From Psychrobacter sp. DM4 (GTDB taxonomy: Bacteria > Pseudomonadota > Gammaproteobacteria > Pseudomonadales > Moraxellaceae), in NCBI RefSeq assembly GCF_051307035.1, contig NZ_CP195536.1:900001-932000 (forward strand): a stretch of 32,000 bases of DNA, written 5' to 3'. Both the position numbers and the translations under genes were made by a program. Positions 6,911 to 17,641 of this stretch are shown in pieces. The notes beneath the pieces are model-generated. The model worked only from the letters and a program-made list of their open reading frames with translations, did no database searches and was not told the DNA's origin. Position 1 is the stretch's first letter. Every line of letters starts with the position of its first letter.

Positions 6911-7816
6911 ATGTCAATTGCTCAAGAGTCGTCAACTACTCACTCTGCTACTATTTTGGACGGTAAAACACTTGCTAAGCAAATTGAGCAGCAATTAAAG
7001 ACTCGCGTAGAGGCGATCAAAGCCAAAACAGGACGTACACCAAGCCTTGCGACGATATTGGTCGGTGCCGATCCTGCTTCAGCGACGTATGTACGTATGA
7101 AAGGCAATGCTTGCAAGCGGGTCGGTATGGACTCTATTCGCGTTGAGATGCCAAGTACCACAACGACTGAACAGCTGATGGCAAAGATCGATGAGCTCAA
7201 CAATACTTCTGATGTTCACGGCATCTTACTTCAGCACCCTGTGCCCGATCATATCGATGAGCGCGCCTGTTTCGAGCAGATAGCACTGGCAAAAGACGTT
7301 GACGGGGTGACAAGTTTGGGCTTTGGTCGTATGAGTATGCAACAGCCAGCATACGGCTCATGTACGCCTCAGGGTATTATGCACTTGTTAGAGCATCATA
7401 AGATTGAGCTCTCTGGAAAAGAGGCGGTGGTCGTGGGCCGTAGTCCAATCTTGGGTAAGCCTATGGCAATGATGCTATTAAATGCCAATTGTACCGTAAC
7501 TATTTGCCATTCAAGAACCCAGAATTTAGCCGCTCATGTGCAGCGCGCCGATATCATTGTGGGAGCAGTTGGCGTGCCTGAGCTGATCAAATCAGAGTGG
7601 ATTAAGTCAGGCGCGGTCGTTATCGATGCAGGTTTTCATCCGACAGATGACGGCGGTGTTGGTGATATCGAGAGTCAAGGAGTTGCACAAGTAGCCAGTG
7701 CTTATACGCCAGTACCAGGCGGCGTGGGGCCGATGACGATTAATACTTTGATTCGCCAAACGGTCATCGCAGCAGAGCAATCAGCGGGTCTAAGCAAGGA
7801 TTTGATAAGCCAATGA
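6911..7816 (+). CDS. folD: Bifunctional methylenetetrahydrofolate dehydrogenase / methenyltetrahydrofolate cyclohydrolase
   Basis: Colinear FolD pattern: [88 protein letters not shown]. Confidence 0.95.
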   Translation: MSIAQESSTTHSATILDGKTLAKQIEQQLKTRVEAIKAKTGRTPSLATILVGADPASATYVRMKGNACKRVGMDSIRVEMPSTTTTEQLMAKIDELNNTSDVHGILLQHPVPDHIDERACFEQIALAKDVDGVTSLGFGRMSMQQPAYGSCTPQGIMHLLEHHKIELSGKEAVVVGRSPILGKPMAMMLLNANCTVTICHSRTQNLAAHVQRADIIVGAVGVPELIKSEWIKSGAVVIDAGFHPTDDGGVGDIESQGVAQVASAYTPVPGGVGPMTINTLIRQTVIAAEQSAGLSKDLISQ

Positions 7817-8442
7817 AACAACCATCAACCAAAGACTTAGACAAAGCATCGAACCCGCTACCTAATCATGAGCCTAATCATTTGCAAGTCGATAGCGCTG
7901 AGACGACCAAAATAAGTACCAAAGCGGTGAAATCAACTATAGGTATTCATGAGCGGTTACAGCATATCGGTAGAGAGTTTGTCGATATCTGCCACTATGT
8001 CATCTTATTCTTAATCAGTGTCGTCGTCGTCTGGACAGCAGGTAAAGAGTTTGTTGGAATCGTTCAAAAGGGGTCCGCAGACTTAAAAGACATTTTGATG
8101 CTATTTATTTATCTTGAATTGCTTGCCATGATTGGTATTTATTTCAAAACGCATCGTTTGCCTGTACAGTTTTTGATATTTATCGCTATAACGGCCTTGT
8201 CACGACATTTAGTGGTCGATGTGCAAGCGGTATCAGATTACTTCCATCTATGGTTACTCGCCACAATCTCGGTGGCGATTATGCTGTTAAGTGGTGCCAT
8301 CGTAGTGCTGACATGGACTGCAAAAACGTTTGGTCGTCCAGAGGACAATCTTGACAGCCAGCAGGCAAACCTGACTATCAAAGCTCTCCTTCCCGACAAC
8401 GCGCAAGCCCCTAATAATACTACAAAACACCGCCGCGAGTAA
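7813..8442 (+). CDS. PsiE-family (phosphate-starvation-inducible protein E-like) membrane protein with terminal extensions
   Basis: The core [42 protein letters not shown] parallels, from memory, E. coli PsiE [43 protein letters not shown]. Four hydrophobic helices. ATG 7813 overlaps the folD TGA (ATGA). An alternative GTG start at 7927 cannot be excluded. Confidence 0.7.
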   Translation: MKQPSTKDLDKASNPLPNHEPNHLQVDSAETTKISTKAVKSTIGIHERLQHIGREFVDICHYVILFLISVVVVWTAGKEFVGIVQKGSADLKDILMLFIYLELLAMIGIYFKTHRLPVQFLIFIAITALSRHLVVDVQAVSDYFHLWLLATISVAIMLLSGAIVVLTWTAKTFGRPEDNLDSQQANLTIKALLPDNAQAPNNTTKHRRE

Positions 8443-8464
8443 TAATTGAGGAAAAACCACTTCC

Positions 8465-8494
8465 AAAAAGAGCTACCAATGGTAGCTCTTTTTT
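8465..8494. terminator. Bidirectional terminator between the convergent psiE-like and corA genes
   Basis: A 9-bp stem (8469-8477 AGAGCTACC pairs with 8481-8489 GGTAGCTCT), flanked by A5 upstream and T6 downstream. Confidence 0.8.
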
Positions 8495-8510
8495 ATGAAA
8501 AATCTTTTTA

Positions 8511-9725
8511 CTACAGCCATTTTAATCTTTTAAAGTTGTAGTAGAGATAGCTACAGAGACTGATAATAAGCACCATGATCACAAGATATGAGTATCTCCA
8601 ATGTAGCTCTGGCATAAAGTCAAAGTTCATACCATAGATACCTGCGATCGCCGTTGGTACTGCTAAGATACCAGCCCAAGCCGCCAGCTTACGTACCACC
8701 TCGTTCTGTCCCATATTGACCATCGCCATGTAGGTATTCATGACGACGCTGAGCATCTCATTGAGCCCGTTTATCGCATCTAAAGAATGCAATAGATGAT
8801 CGTTCACATCACGAAAGTAGGGCTTGGCTGCTTGTGAGAAGCCTGAGACCAGTTCGCTCTTTTTATGATTGATAAAGAAACTACAGATATCTTGGACTGG
8901 TAAGATAATCGCGCGCATATGCACCAGTTGCGATTTTAATTCATAAAGGTTTTTTAGTGTGCTTTTATCAAACTCATAAGTGAAGACGTAGCGCTCTTGC
9001 TCGCGCAAGTATTGACCCAAGCGATCGGTGATCGGCATGTAGTTATCAACGATAAAATCGAGTATGGCATGCAATACAAAGATAGGCCCCATACGTAGTT
9101 TTTCTGGGCGACGATGACAGTGCTCACGGACAGGCGCGTACGAGTTCGAAGGGCCATTACGAATGGTAATCAGATAGTTTTTACCCATAAATATCGCGGT
9201 AGTACCGTAGCGAATAACGTTATCCTCTAACTTTGCGGTACGTAAGACAACAAAGACCATGTCATTATCGTAGTTTTCAACCTTGGCACGTTGATGATCA
9301 GCAAAAGCATCTTCTATCGCTAGCTCATGGAGTCCAAAAGCGTCTTGTACTTTGACCATAGTTTCTAAACTGGGATCGTAAAGACCCAGCCAGATAAATT
9401 GACCGCTGTTGCTCAAAGCACGGCTTACATCATTGAGGGCGACTTGATTGAGTTTTTCGCCCGTCTTACGCGAGTACGAGTAGCAGCTGACGACCTCATC
9501 AACGCTGGTATATTCTATGTCCTCATAGCGCTCAGAGTCAGGATCATAGACAGTCATGGTCTCAATGGTATCTTCTAACGTTGCATCGGCGTCACCATAG
9601 ATATAGCTGTCATAATCAGCGATATAGGGCTGCACATCGTTACGACTAGAGTAGATGTGTTTTAGGTTGGTATCAGGAGTGATATGTGTGTTCGTTTTTA
9701 ACGCAAGGCCGTCATCGTCTATCAT
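8511..9725 (-). CDS. corA: CorA-family Mg2+/Co2+ transporter with a long acidic N-terminal extension
   Basis: C-terminal signature YGMNFDFMPEL followed by a final TM helix. Upstream pattern FGLHELAIEDA is typical of the CorA cytoplasmic domain. At 404 aa it is longer than my recollection of about 316 aa for classical CorA. The start is uncertain; internal Met57 is an alternative. Confidence 0.85.
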   Translation of the reverse strand: MIDDDGLALKTNTHITPDTNLKHIYSSRNDVQPYIADYDSYIYGDADATLEDTIETMTVYDPDSERYEDIEYTSVDEVVSCYSYSRKTGEKLNQVALNDVSRALSNSGQFIWLGLYDPSLETMVKVQDAFGLHELAIEDAFADHQRAKVENYDNDMVFVVLRTAKLEDNVIRYGTTAIFMGKNYLITIRNGPSNSYAPVREHCHRRPEKLRMGPIFVLHAILDFIVDNYMPITDRLGQYLREQERYVFTYEFDKSTLKNLYELKSQLVHMRAIILPVQDICSFFINHKKSELVSGFSQAAKPYFRDVNDHLLHSLDAINGLNEMLSVVMNTYMAMVNMGQNEVVRKLAAWAGILAVPTAIAGIYGMNFDFMPELHWRYSYLVIMVLIISLCSYLYYNFKRLKWL

Positions 9726-9787
9726 TTGTCATCTCTTAATAGCAAAAAACGCGCTTCTGGCAGGGCTCATTTTTATAACTGATAACG

Positions 9788-10177
9788 CTATAGAGCAAAG
9801 CGTTTTAGCGTGTCAATATCGACCAGAGTCAGCAGACTCTCATGACATGCCTCTAATTTGATTTGCGGCGCAATATCGAAATCTAAGGCCTCAACCCAGC
9901 GCAGCGCGCAGATACACCAGTAGTCGCCAGGTTTAAGACCTGCAAAATTATACTCAGGTAAAGGAGTAATCAGATCATTGCCGCGACTGGCTGAAAAGTT
10001 TAAAAATTCACTGGTCATTTTGGCGCAGACGGTGTGCTGACCAACATCAAAATGCCCGGTATGACAAAAACCGTTGCGGTAGTAGCCGGTAATAGGATCA
10101 AAGCAGCAGCTGGCAAGGGCGGTGCCTAGGACGTTGGTTTGGTTGATATCGGGACTTGGATGGTGATCAATTGACAT
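9788..10177 (-). CDS. DUF2237-family small Cys-rich protein
   Basis: LGTALASCCFDPITGYYRNGFCHTG...HTVCAKMTSEFL...GLKPGDYWCICALRW matches my recollection of the DUF2237 pattern, and 129 aa is the typical size. Confidence 0.7.
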   Translation of the reverse strand: MSIDHHPSPDINQTNVLGTALASCCFDPITGYYRNGFCHTGHFDVGQHTVCAKMTSEFLNFSASRGNDLITPLPEYNFAGLKPGDYWCICALRWVEALDFDIAPQIKLEACHESLLTLVDIDTLKRFAL

Positions 10178-10612
10178 AAAATTTCCAATAGATAGGATAA
10201 AAGAAGCTATGGGCTAGTGTAACATGAGTCTATCTTGCCGCCATACTCGATTTAGAACCTATTCATCCTACTCGGCGGCAGTCTCAACCGATCAAAGTTT
10301 TATTACAGCAGCAGTCGCTATTGGCTTGAATTATGGCTAGGCGAACTCTAGTGGCTATGATAAACTTAGGCGCAAAGTGCATTGATAAAATGTGCGATGT
10401 ACTTAGCAAAAAGCGTTTTGACAAGTACGAGATTTTTCGATCATTTGTCGTGCAATTTTAGTCGTCTTACCATTCCCGTTTATATTTACGATCATCATTT
10501 TTGGTATTACCTAGTTTTATTATAATTGTGTGGTGTGATAATTTTTTTGATCCTCGCTGTCCTTTTATAATACTGCGTATTTGGTAAGCGATATACCAAA
10601 CAAGGATTTATT

Positions 10613-11875
10613 GTGCCTGCTAGTTCTGATTCTGACCCGTCCAATGCTCTACCGACTTTGAGCAGTACACATTTAAGTCATCTTGCAAGTGAAACTGCCA
10701 ATCACTGGCTGCTCCCTGATGGGGTAGTCGATGTATTGTTCAATGATGCGCAAAAGCAAGAGATGCTGCGACATCAATTGACCCAGCAGCTGATTACTCA
10801 TGGCTATCAGCTGGTGTGCCCACCGATGATTGAGTACACTGAGTCTCTGCTCAAAGACGCATCAGAGGATCTCAAACGTCAAACCTTCAAGATTATCGAT
10901 CAGCTTACAGGGCGTTTGATGGGGGTGCGCGCGGATATTACCCCGCAGATTTTGCGCATTGATGCGCATCACGGCGGCAGCGGTATTGCACGCTACTGTT
11001 ACGCAGGTGATGTCATTCACACCCTACCATCAGGCCTGTTTGGCTCTCGCACGCCACTTCAGTTGGGCGCTGAGATATTCGGCTGTCATGTTATTGACGC
11101 AGATATTGAGCTGATAGATGTGCTGATGACGATGGTAACAACTCTAAAGATGAGCGCTAACTTGCACATAGACTTAGGTCATGTGGCAATCTTTAAGCGC
11201 TTAAGTGAATTGGCTACGTTATCGGATAAAGACACCGAGGAGCTCATGCATTTGTATGCTAATAAGAACCTACCTGAGCTTAAACGCATCTGCCAAGATC
11301 TGCCTATGGGCACAGACTTCTATGCGTTGGCACGCAACGGTCATGATACCGAACAGCTACTTGCAAAACTATCGAACGCCGCCAAACAAGACACCCAAAT
11401 AGCCGAAGCTATCAATGAGCTACAACTGCTTACAAACCATCTTCAGGATAAATGGCAATGTGATGTCAGCATCGATATCACTGAGCTCTCAGGCTATCAC
11501 TATCATACGGGCATCGTGTTCAATGGTTATATCAACAGTGAGACGCAGCCTTTGGTGCGCGGCGGGCGTTTCGATGGGATGCAAAGCGGCAGTCAGATAT
11601 TAGATGAGCGACCTCGCGCAGCGACTGGTTTTAGCATGGATGTCAGTCGTTTGCTGTCTCATGTCGAAACCGTCACGACTACTGTTATTGTCGTTGATTA
11701 TGCTGCCAAAAACCATGCAAATGAGACTCAGAGACAAGCATTACAGCAAAAAACAGCGCAGTTACGTCAGCAAGGTAATCGCGTGACCCTGCCACTAGAT
11801 GAGCAGGACAGTCCGCAAGGCGCGACGCATCGATTGATATTGAATGATAATGAATGGCAACTAATCACTATTTGA
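10613..11875 (+). CDS. hisZ: ATP phosphoribosyltransferase regulatory subunit (HisRS paralogue)
   Basis: WLLPDGVVDVL...HGYQLVCPPMIEYTESLL...LTGRLMGVRADITPQ...RYCYAGDV resembles a class-II HisRS-like core without an anticodon-binding domain. It sits immediately upstream of purA, as in many gammaproteobacteria. GTG start with AAGGA 7 nt upstream. Confidence 0.8.
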   Translation: MPASSDSDPSNALPTLSSTHLSHLASETANHWLLPDGVVDVLFNDAQKQEMLRHQLTQQLITHGYQLVCPPMIEYTESLLKDASEDLKRQTFKIIDQLTGRLMGVRADITPQILRIDAHHGGSGIARYCYAGDVIHTLPSGLFGSRTPLQLGAEIFGCHVIDADIELIDVLMTMVTTLKMSANLHIDLGHVAIFKRLSELATLSDKDTEELMHLYANKNLPELKRICQDLPMGTDFYALARNGHDTEQLLAKLSNAAKQDTQIAEAINELQLLTNHLQDKWQCDVSIDITELSGYHYHTGIVFNGYINSETQPLVRGGRFDGMQSGSQILDERPRAATGFSMDVSRLLSHVETVTTTVIVVDYAAKNHANETQRQALQQKTAQLRQQGNRVTLPLDEQDSPQGATHRLILNDNEWQLITI

Positions 11876-11958
11876 TAATGCGCTCATACCACGCATTTAT
11901 AGCAATACTCTTTTTAATATTTTATTGAACACACTCGTACCGTTTTATCCTAGTGCTG

Positions 11959-11986
11959 TTGTCGAATTTGTAAGTGCTACTATACT
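11959..11986 (+). promoter_or_regulatory. Candidate sigma70 promoter for purA
   Basis: TTGTCG (11959-11964), a 16-nt spacer, then TATACT (11981-11986), about 75 nt upstream of ATG 12061. This is a motif match only. Confidence 0.3.
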
Positions 11987-12051
11987 ATAGGTAGGCTAAT
12001 AGGTTTTGATAGTCAGCCAATGATAAACGAGTACTTAATACATTAGCGTAA

Positions 12052-13350
<1,299 letters not shown>

Positions 13351-13388
13351 TGTATATTTCACTTATACGATATAAATAGCTTTTGTTT

Positions 13389-13427
13389 AAGAGGCCTCAG
13401 TAATTAGTATTGGGGCTTTTAGCTTTT
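13389..13427 (+). terminator. Candidate terminator after purA
   Basis: Imperfect hairpin AGAGGCCTCA / TTGGGGCTTT (one bulge, one G-U pair) followed by TTTTAGCTTTT. Confidence 0.4.
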
Positions 13428-13596
13428 CTTAAGGGACAATTATAAATAACCCCTATCATTTATAGCGTCAATCATTATAATAGGCAGCAATCACACGTTT
13501 GGGCATAGAGATACGCATTAGTATATCTGACAGGCTTGAATGTTTTAGTAATCACAGACATTTACCCTTTTTATTTGCATTTATTAGGAGCTACAC

Positions 13597-14028
13597 ATGG
13601 CTAACGAACGTACTTTATCTATCATCAAACCTGACGCGGTTGGCGGCAATCATATCGGCGCAATTTATGATCGTTTCGAAAAATCTGGTCTAAAAATCGT
13701 TGCAGCAAAAATGATGCAATTAGACGACGAAAAAGCAGGCGGCTTTTACGCTGAGCACGCTGAGCGCCCATTCTATAACGATCTAAAGTCATTTATGATG
13801 TCAGGTCCAGTACTGGTGTCAGTACTAGAAGGCGAAAACGCTATCGCTCGTCATCGCGAAATCATGGGTGCTACCAACCCAAAAGACGCAGAAAAAGGCA
13901 CTATCCGTGCTGATTTCGCTAGCAGCATCGACGAAAACGCCGTTCATGGTTCAGACTCAGCAGAGTCAGCGCAGCGTGAAATAAGCTACTTCTTCAACGA
14001 TGATGAAGTCTGTGCACGTACGCGTTAA
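13597..14028 (+). CDS. ndk: Nucleoside diphosphate kinase
   Basis: [35 protein letters not shown] and NAVHGSDS (active-site His). 143 aa. Confidence 0.97.
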   Translation: MANERTLSIIKPDAVGGNHIGAIYDRFEKSGLKIVAAKMMQLDDEKAGGFYAEHAERPFYNDLKSFMMSGPVLVSVLEGENAIARHREIMGATNPKDAEKGTIRADFASSIDENAVHGSDSAESAQREISYFFNDDEVCARTR

Positions 14029-14071
14029 TTCATCTCGCTTGTAAACAGTATAGCGATATAGAATATTTAGG

Positions 14072-14102
14072 CGGCTTATATCTTAGGGGTATAAGCCGTT
14101 TT
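14072..14102 (+). terminator. Rho-independent terminator after ndk
   Basis: A 9-bp stem (14072-14080 CGGCTTATA pairs with 14090-14098 TATAAGCCG) with a 9-nt loop, followed by T4. Confidence 0.7.
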
Positions 14103-14300
14103 AGCACTTATGATAGACTTGTTATTGAAATTAGCGATCATTTGCCTCATCATCTATATTTAGATAGCGTTATCAATCCCTTATCAGCATATTTTATTAA
14201 TCATCATATAAATAAAGCACGCTCATAACGGATTGCTCATGCCGCACTATCATCTCAATACTTGCCTCGCTTATCAGCTGGTGCAAAAAGGTTATTTACT

Positions 14301-15545
14301 ATGTCAACGATTCAAGCTACGTCAACGATTCAAGCGCCTACTCAGCACGTTCCAGCCAAGACTAAAAGTATCAAACTAGTAGATGAGGCACAAGCCAAGA
14401 CCAATCTGCTCGGTATGACACAAGCGCAATTGGCTGATTATTTCAAGAGCATAGGTGAGAAGCCCTTTCGCGCCACCCAAGTCATTAAATGGATCTATCA
14501 GCATGGCGTTACTGACTTTGATCAGATGACTAATCTGAGTAAATCATTGCGTGATAAATTAGCCTTAAACGCTTGTGTGACGCCGCCAAAGGTCATTCAT
14601 CGTCAGTACAGTCATGATGGGACGCGTAAATGGGTATTTGAAGTTACAGGCGGCTCTTTGGTTGAGACAGTACTGATACCAGCAGATGACAGCAAAGAGA
14701 ACGGCCGTAAAACCTTGTGCGTGTCCTCACAAGTGGGCTGCGCGCTAGATTGTAGTTTTTGTAGTACGGGCAAACAAGGCTTTGAGCGCGATTTGAGCGC
14801 GGCTGAAATCTTAGGGCAGCTTTGGGTGGCTAATGCCTCTTATATGACTGATGACAACGATAGCTTGGAGCACGTCGATCATAGTTTGTGGAAAAATAAC
14901 GTCACTAACGTGGTGATGATGGGCATGGGTGAGCCACTACTGAACTATAAGCCAGTAGTCAGCTCCATGGAGCTTATGCTCAGCGATCATGGCTATGACC
15001 TATCTAAGCGCCGGGTGACCTTATCGACCTCAGGTGTGGTTCCCAAAATGTACGAGCTGGCGCAAGATATCGACGTAGCACTCGCCATCTCCTTACATGC
15101 GCCAAACGATGCGCTACGTAACGAGCTAGTACCTATCAACAAAAAATATCCATTAGAGCAATTGATGGCAGCCGCCCGTAACTATGTCTACGAGGTCAAT
15201 CCGCGCCACAAAAAACATGTGACGATAGAGTATGTCATGCTAGATGGTGTCAACGATAGCAACGAGCATGCTCATGAGCTAGTGGCCTTACTTGGTGATT
15301 TGCCCAGTAAAATAAATCTGATTCCATTCAACCCTTTTCCGCATGCTGGTTATGATAAGTCTAGTAATAATCGCATTCATACCTTTAGCAACATCCTAAG
15401 CGAAGCGGGCTTTGTCTGTACTATCCGCCAAACGCGCGGCGACGACATTGACGCCGCTTGTGGTCAATTGGTTGGTCAAGTAGCTGATCGTACTCGGCGC
15501 TCAGCGGCTTGGCAACAAAGTATTAAGAATAGAGAGGGGAGCTAA
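14301..15545 (+). CDS. rlmN: Radical-SAM 23S rRNA (A2503-C2) / tRNA methyltransferase
   Basis: Radical-SAM cluster motif [11 protein letters not shown], with [21 protein letters not shown] and the C-terminal catalytic Cys context DIDAACGQL. Start set at the first ATG (14301); the ORF track starts at TTG 14262. Confidence 0.93.
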   Translation: MSTIQATSTIQAPTQHVPAKTKSIKLVDEAQAKTNLLGMTQAQLADYFKSIGEKPFRATQVIKWIYQHGVTDFDQMTNLSKSLRDKLALNACVTPPKVIHRQYSHDGTRKWVFEVTGGSLVETVLIPADDSKENGRKTLCVSSQVGCALDCSFCSTGKQGFERDLSAAEILGQLWVANASYMTDDNDSLEHVDHSLWKNNVTNVVMMGMGEPLLNYKPVVSSMELMLSDHGYDLSKRRVTLSTSGVVPKMYELAQDIDVALAISLHAPNDALRNELVPINKKYPLEQLMAAARNYVYEVNPRHKKHVTIEYVMLDGVNDSNEHAHELVALLGDLPSKINLIPFNPFPHAGYDKSSNNRIHTFSNILSEAGFVCTIRQTRGDDIDAACGQLVGQVADRTRRSAAWQQSIKNREGS

Positions 15546-15787
15546 AAACAGTGCTGGGCTGTGTTATACCAGTGCTAAGCTGTCTTCTAAGTCTCTTTAC
15601 AGTAATAAAAGTGTAGTTGTGCGAAGTTAATTGTACTTATACGACACAAATCTATTAAACTAATGCCTCGTAGTCTCGCTACAACGATATATCGCCATAA
15701 ATCGTATAGTGCTATAGACACTGAAATAGTGATGCATAAGTGTAGTGATATTTAGTCTTGAACCATCGTATTTTGAGGGTAGCTGTA

Positions 15788-16723
15788 ATGACGCTTAAAT
15801 CTTTATGCCAGCCCAAACTTCCTATCTTTAATCGTAAAAGCACACGTTGTAGCACTCAGCGACCAGATATATGCAGCCCTACATATAAGAGTAAAGTTAT
15901 AATCGGTGTGGTACTCGGATTATCTATAGCAGGTTGTCAGAGCACCCAAAATACTGACCTGACGGGCAACACACGCTACCAGACGACCACGCAAGCGAGC
16001 GGTGATCGTAGTGTCGATAAGCAAGAAGTCGCTCGCGTTCGTACTACACTTGCCGCGCAGTATATCCGCAAAAACGATCTTGACACCGCACAGCGACAGC
16101 TCGAAAAAGCTTTTGCTGCTGATAGCAGGTACGCGCCCGCCTATGATATGATGGGCGTTTTGTTGCAGCAAGAGGGCAGCCGTCTTAACCTACAAAAGGC
16201 AGATCAGTACTTTAAGAAGGCAATAGCTTTAGATCCCGATTTTGTGCAGGTGCGCAATAACTACGGCGTCTATCTGTCACAGATGGATCGTTACGGTGAA
16301 GCCGCTGAGCAGTTTGAGATTGCAGGTGCAGCTCTGGGTTACGAAGGCCGTATTGGCGCGCTTGAGAACTTGGGTCGTACCTACCTTCAACTCAACGATC
16401 ATCCAGCAGCAGCAAAGGCATTTTTGCGTGCGCTTGATGGTAACCGGAGTAGTATCATTGCTCACATTGAACTGGTTGATTTACTTCTTGAACAGCAGCG
16501 AGTTCAGCAGGCACAAAGACTCTATGATGAGACTTTACTACTGGTACGCGGACAAACTATTAGCCCACGTTTGATGCTACAAGGCATCAAACTAGCTGAT
16601 GCACAGAAGCAAAAACCAACGCGTCAGCAATTAGCGCAGCAGCTGTTATCCGCTTATCCGCTTAGTGATGAAGCAAAACAACTTAAGACTTGGCTGAATA
16701 ACCCAGAGGCACCATGGAAATGA
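15788..16723 (+). CDS. pilW: Type IV pilus biogenesis/stability TPR lipoprotein (PilW; called PilF in Pseudomonas)
   Basis: Lipobox LSIAGC followed by TPR-like repeats (AQYIRKNDLDTAQRQLEKAFAADSRYAPAY..., YFKKAIALDPDF...). It sits between rlmN and rodZ, which from memory is the usual position in Pseudomonas and Acinetobacter. Start ATG 15788 has GAGGG 8 nt upstream. Confidence 0.75.
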   Translation: MTLKSLCQPKLPIFNRKSTRCSTQRPDICSPTYKSKVIIGVVLGLSIAGCQSTQNTDLTGNTRYQTTTQASGDRSVDKQEVARVRTTLAAQYIRKNDLDTAQRQLEKAFAADSRYAPAYDMMGVLLQQEGSRLNLQKADQYFKKAIALDPDFVQVRNNYGVYLSQMDRYGEAAEQFEIAGAALGYEGRIGALENLGRTYLQLNDHPAAAKAFLRALDGNRSSIIAHIELVDLLLEQQRVQQAQRLYDETLLLVRGQTISPRLMLQGIKLADAQKQKPTRQQLAQQLLSAYPLSDEAKQLKTWLNNPEAPWK

Positions 16724-17535
16724 CCACCCCATCATCAAACCAACTATCCAATGCTCAGGGATCGTTCGGTGCTATGTTGCAACAGGCCCGAAAGACCAAG
16801 CAAGTCACTTTGGATGAGGCCGCAAACGAGCTATTTATATTGAAGCGTCACCTGCAAGCTTTGGAGAGTGAGAACTTCTCTGATCTACCGCAAGTGGCCT
16901 TTGCTCGCGGTTTTGCGATCAACTATGCCAAGTTTTTAGATCTAGATCCTACCAAAGTTGCCGACAGCTTTGACGCCGCTTATCCCAATGAGCTCAAACA
17001 GCGTGCTGATAATAATATTGAGTCGCCGCTGCGTCCTATGGGGACATTACAGCGAGACAGCCACAACCGTATTCGCTTCAATCCTATGCTGATTCTCGCG
17101 GTCGTCGCACTTATTATCTTGGCAGTCTTTTTGTATCGTATGGTGAGTAATGCAACCAGCGATAATACTGAAGAGACCACACCGCTATCAGATGACATCT
17201 CAATTACTGAGCAGACACAAGGCGCGGCAATTGATAATCAGGACACTGTTGGTGCTTCGGGATCTGCACTTAATTTAGGAGCGCCAGCTGCTGGTACTGA
17301 ACTACCTCTACTTATTAGCATTACAGATGAAGTTGTTGTCAATATTACAGATGCGGCGGGTAGCAGCCTGATGACTGGCAATCAGAACGCTGGCAATTAT
17401 GAGCTTTTAGGCGTACCGCCTCTTAACGTTAATATTAGTGATACCGCTGGCGTTAGCATGACGTTTAACCAAGAGCCAGTCGCTATGGATGAGTACGTAG
17501 CGGGCGACCAAGCTAGCTTTATTTTAAACCCTTAG
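16714..17535 (+). CDS. rodZ: RodZ-like cytoskeleton/shape protein (HTH domain, one TM helix, DUF4115-like C-terminus)
   Basis: N-terminal HTH ([34 protein letters not shown]), TM helix [17 protein letters not shown], and a beta-rich C-terminal domain. Conserved position upstream of ispG. Overlaps the pilW stop by 10 nt. Confidence 0.8.
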   Translation: MEMTTPSSNQLSNAQGSFGAMLQQARKTKQVTLDEAANELFILKRHLQALESENFSDLPQVAFARGFAINYAKFLDLDPTKVADSFDAAYPNELKQRADNNIESPLRPMGTLQRDSHNRIRFNPMLILAVVALIILAVFLYRMVSNATSDNTEETTPLSDDISITEQTQGAAIDNQDTVGASGSALNLGAPAAGTELPLLISITDEVVVNITDAAGSSLMTGNQNAGNYELLGVPPLNVNISDTAGVSMTFNQEPVAMDEYVAGDQASFILNP

Positions 17536-17641
17536 ATGTTGGTTAGTACTCCTCAAAGATAGGGGAGGTACTACTACAAGAGATAAGTTAGGCTTAATCA
17601 ATTGCATTTTTATGCGTTTTGTTCAAATCAAGGATATCTAT

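Noticed and set aside
6586-6912. ORFs 6586-6768 (+) and 6730-6912 (-) in the folD upstream spacer
   Set aside because: The + ORF starts inside the T-tract of the preceding terminator. The - ORF starts opposite the folD initiation codon and has an odd Cys/Arg-rich composition. Neither has an RBS. Only the internal 33-codon segment is mentioned, as a speculative small ORF.
10236-10280. GC-rich hairpin (TGCCGCC ... GGCGGCA, 7-bp stem, 31-nt loop) in the DUF2237/hisZ divergent spacer
   Set aside because: The loop is long, no T-tract follows on either strand, and there is no supporting repeat or conservation information. It is not distinguishable from chance complementarity.
15549-15583. Imperfect direct repeat CAGTGCTGGGCTGT / CAGTGCTAAGCTGT (21-bp period) just after the rlmN stop
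   Set aside because: It is real (12/14 identity) but short, has no hairpin potential and no obvious role. It is noted only as a weaker member of the short-duplication class.
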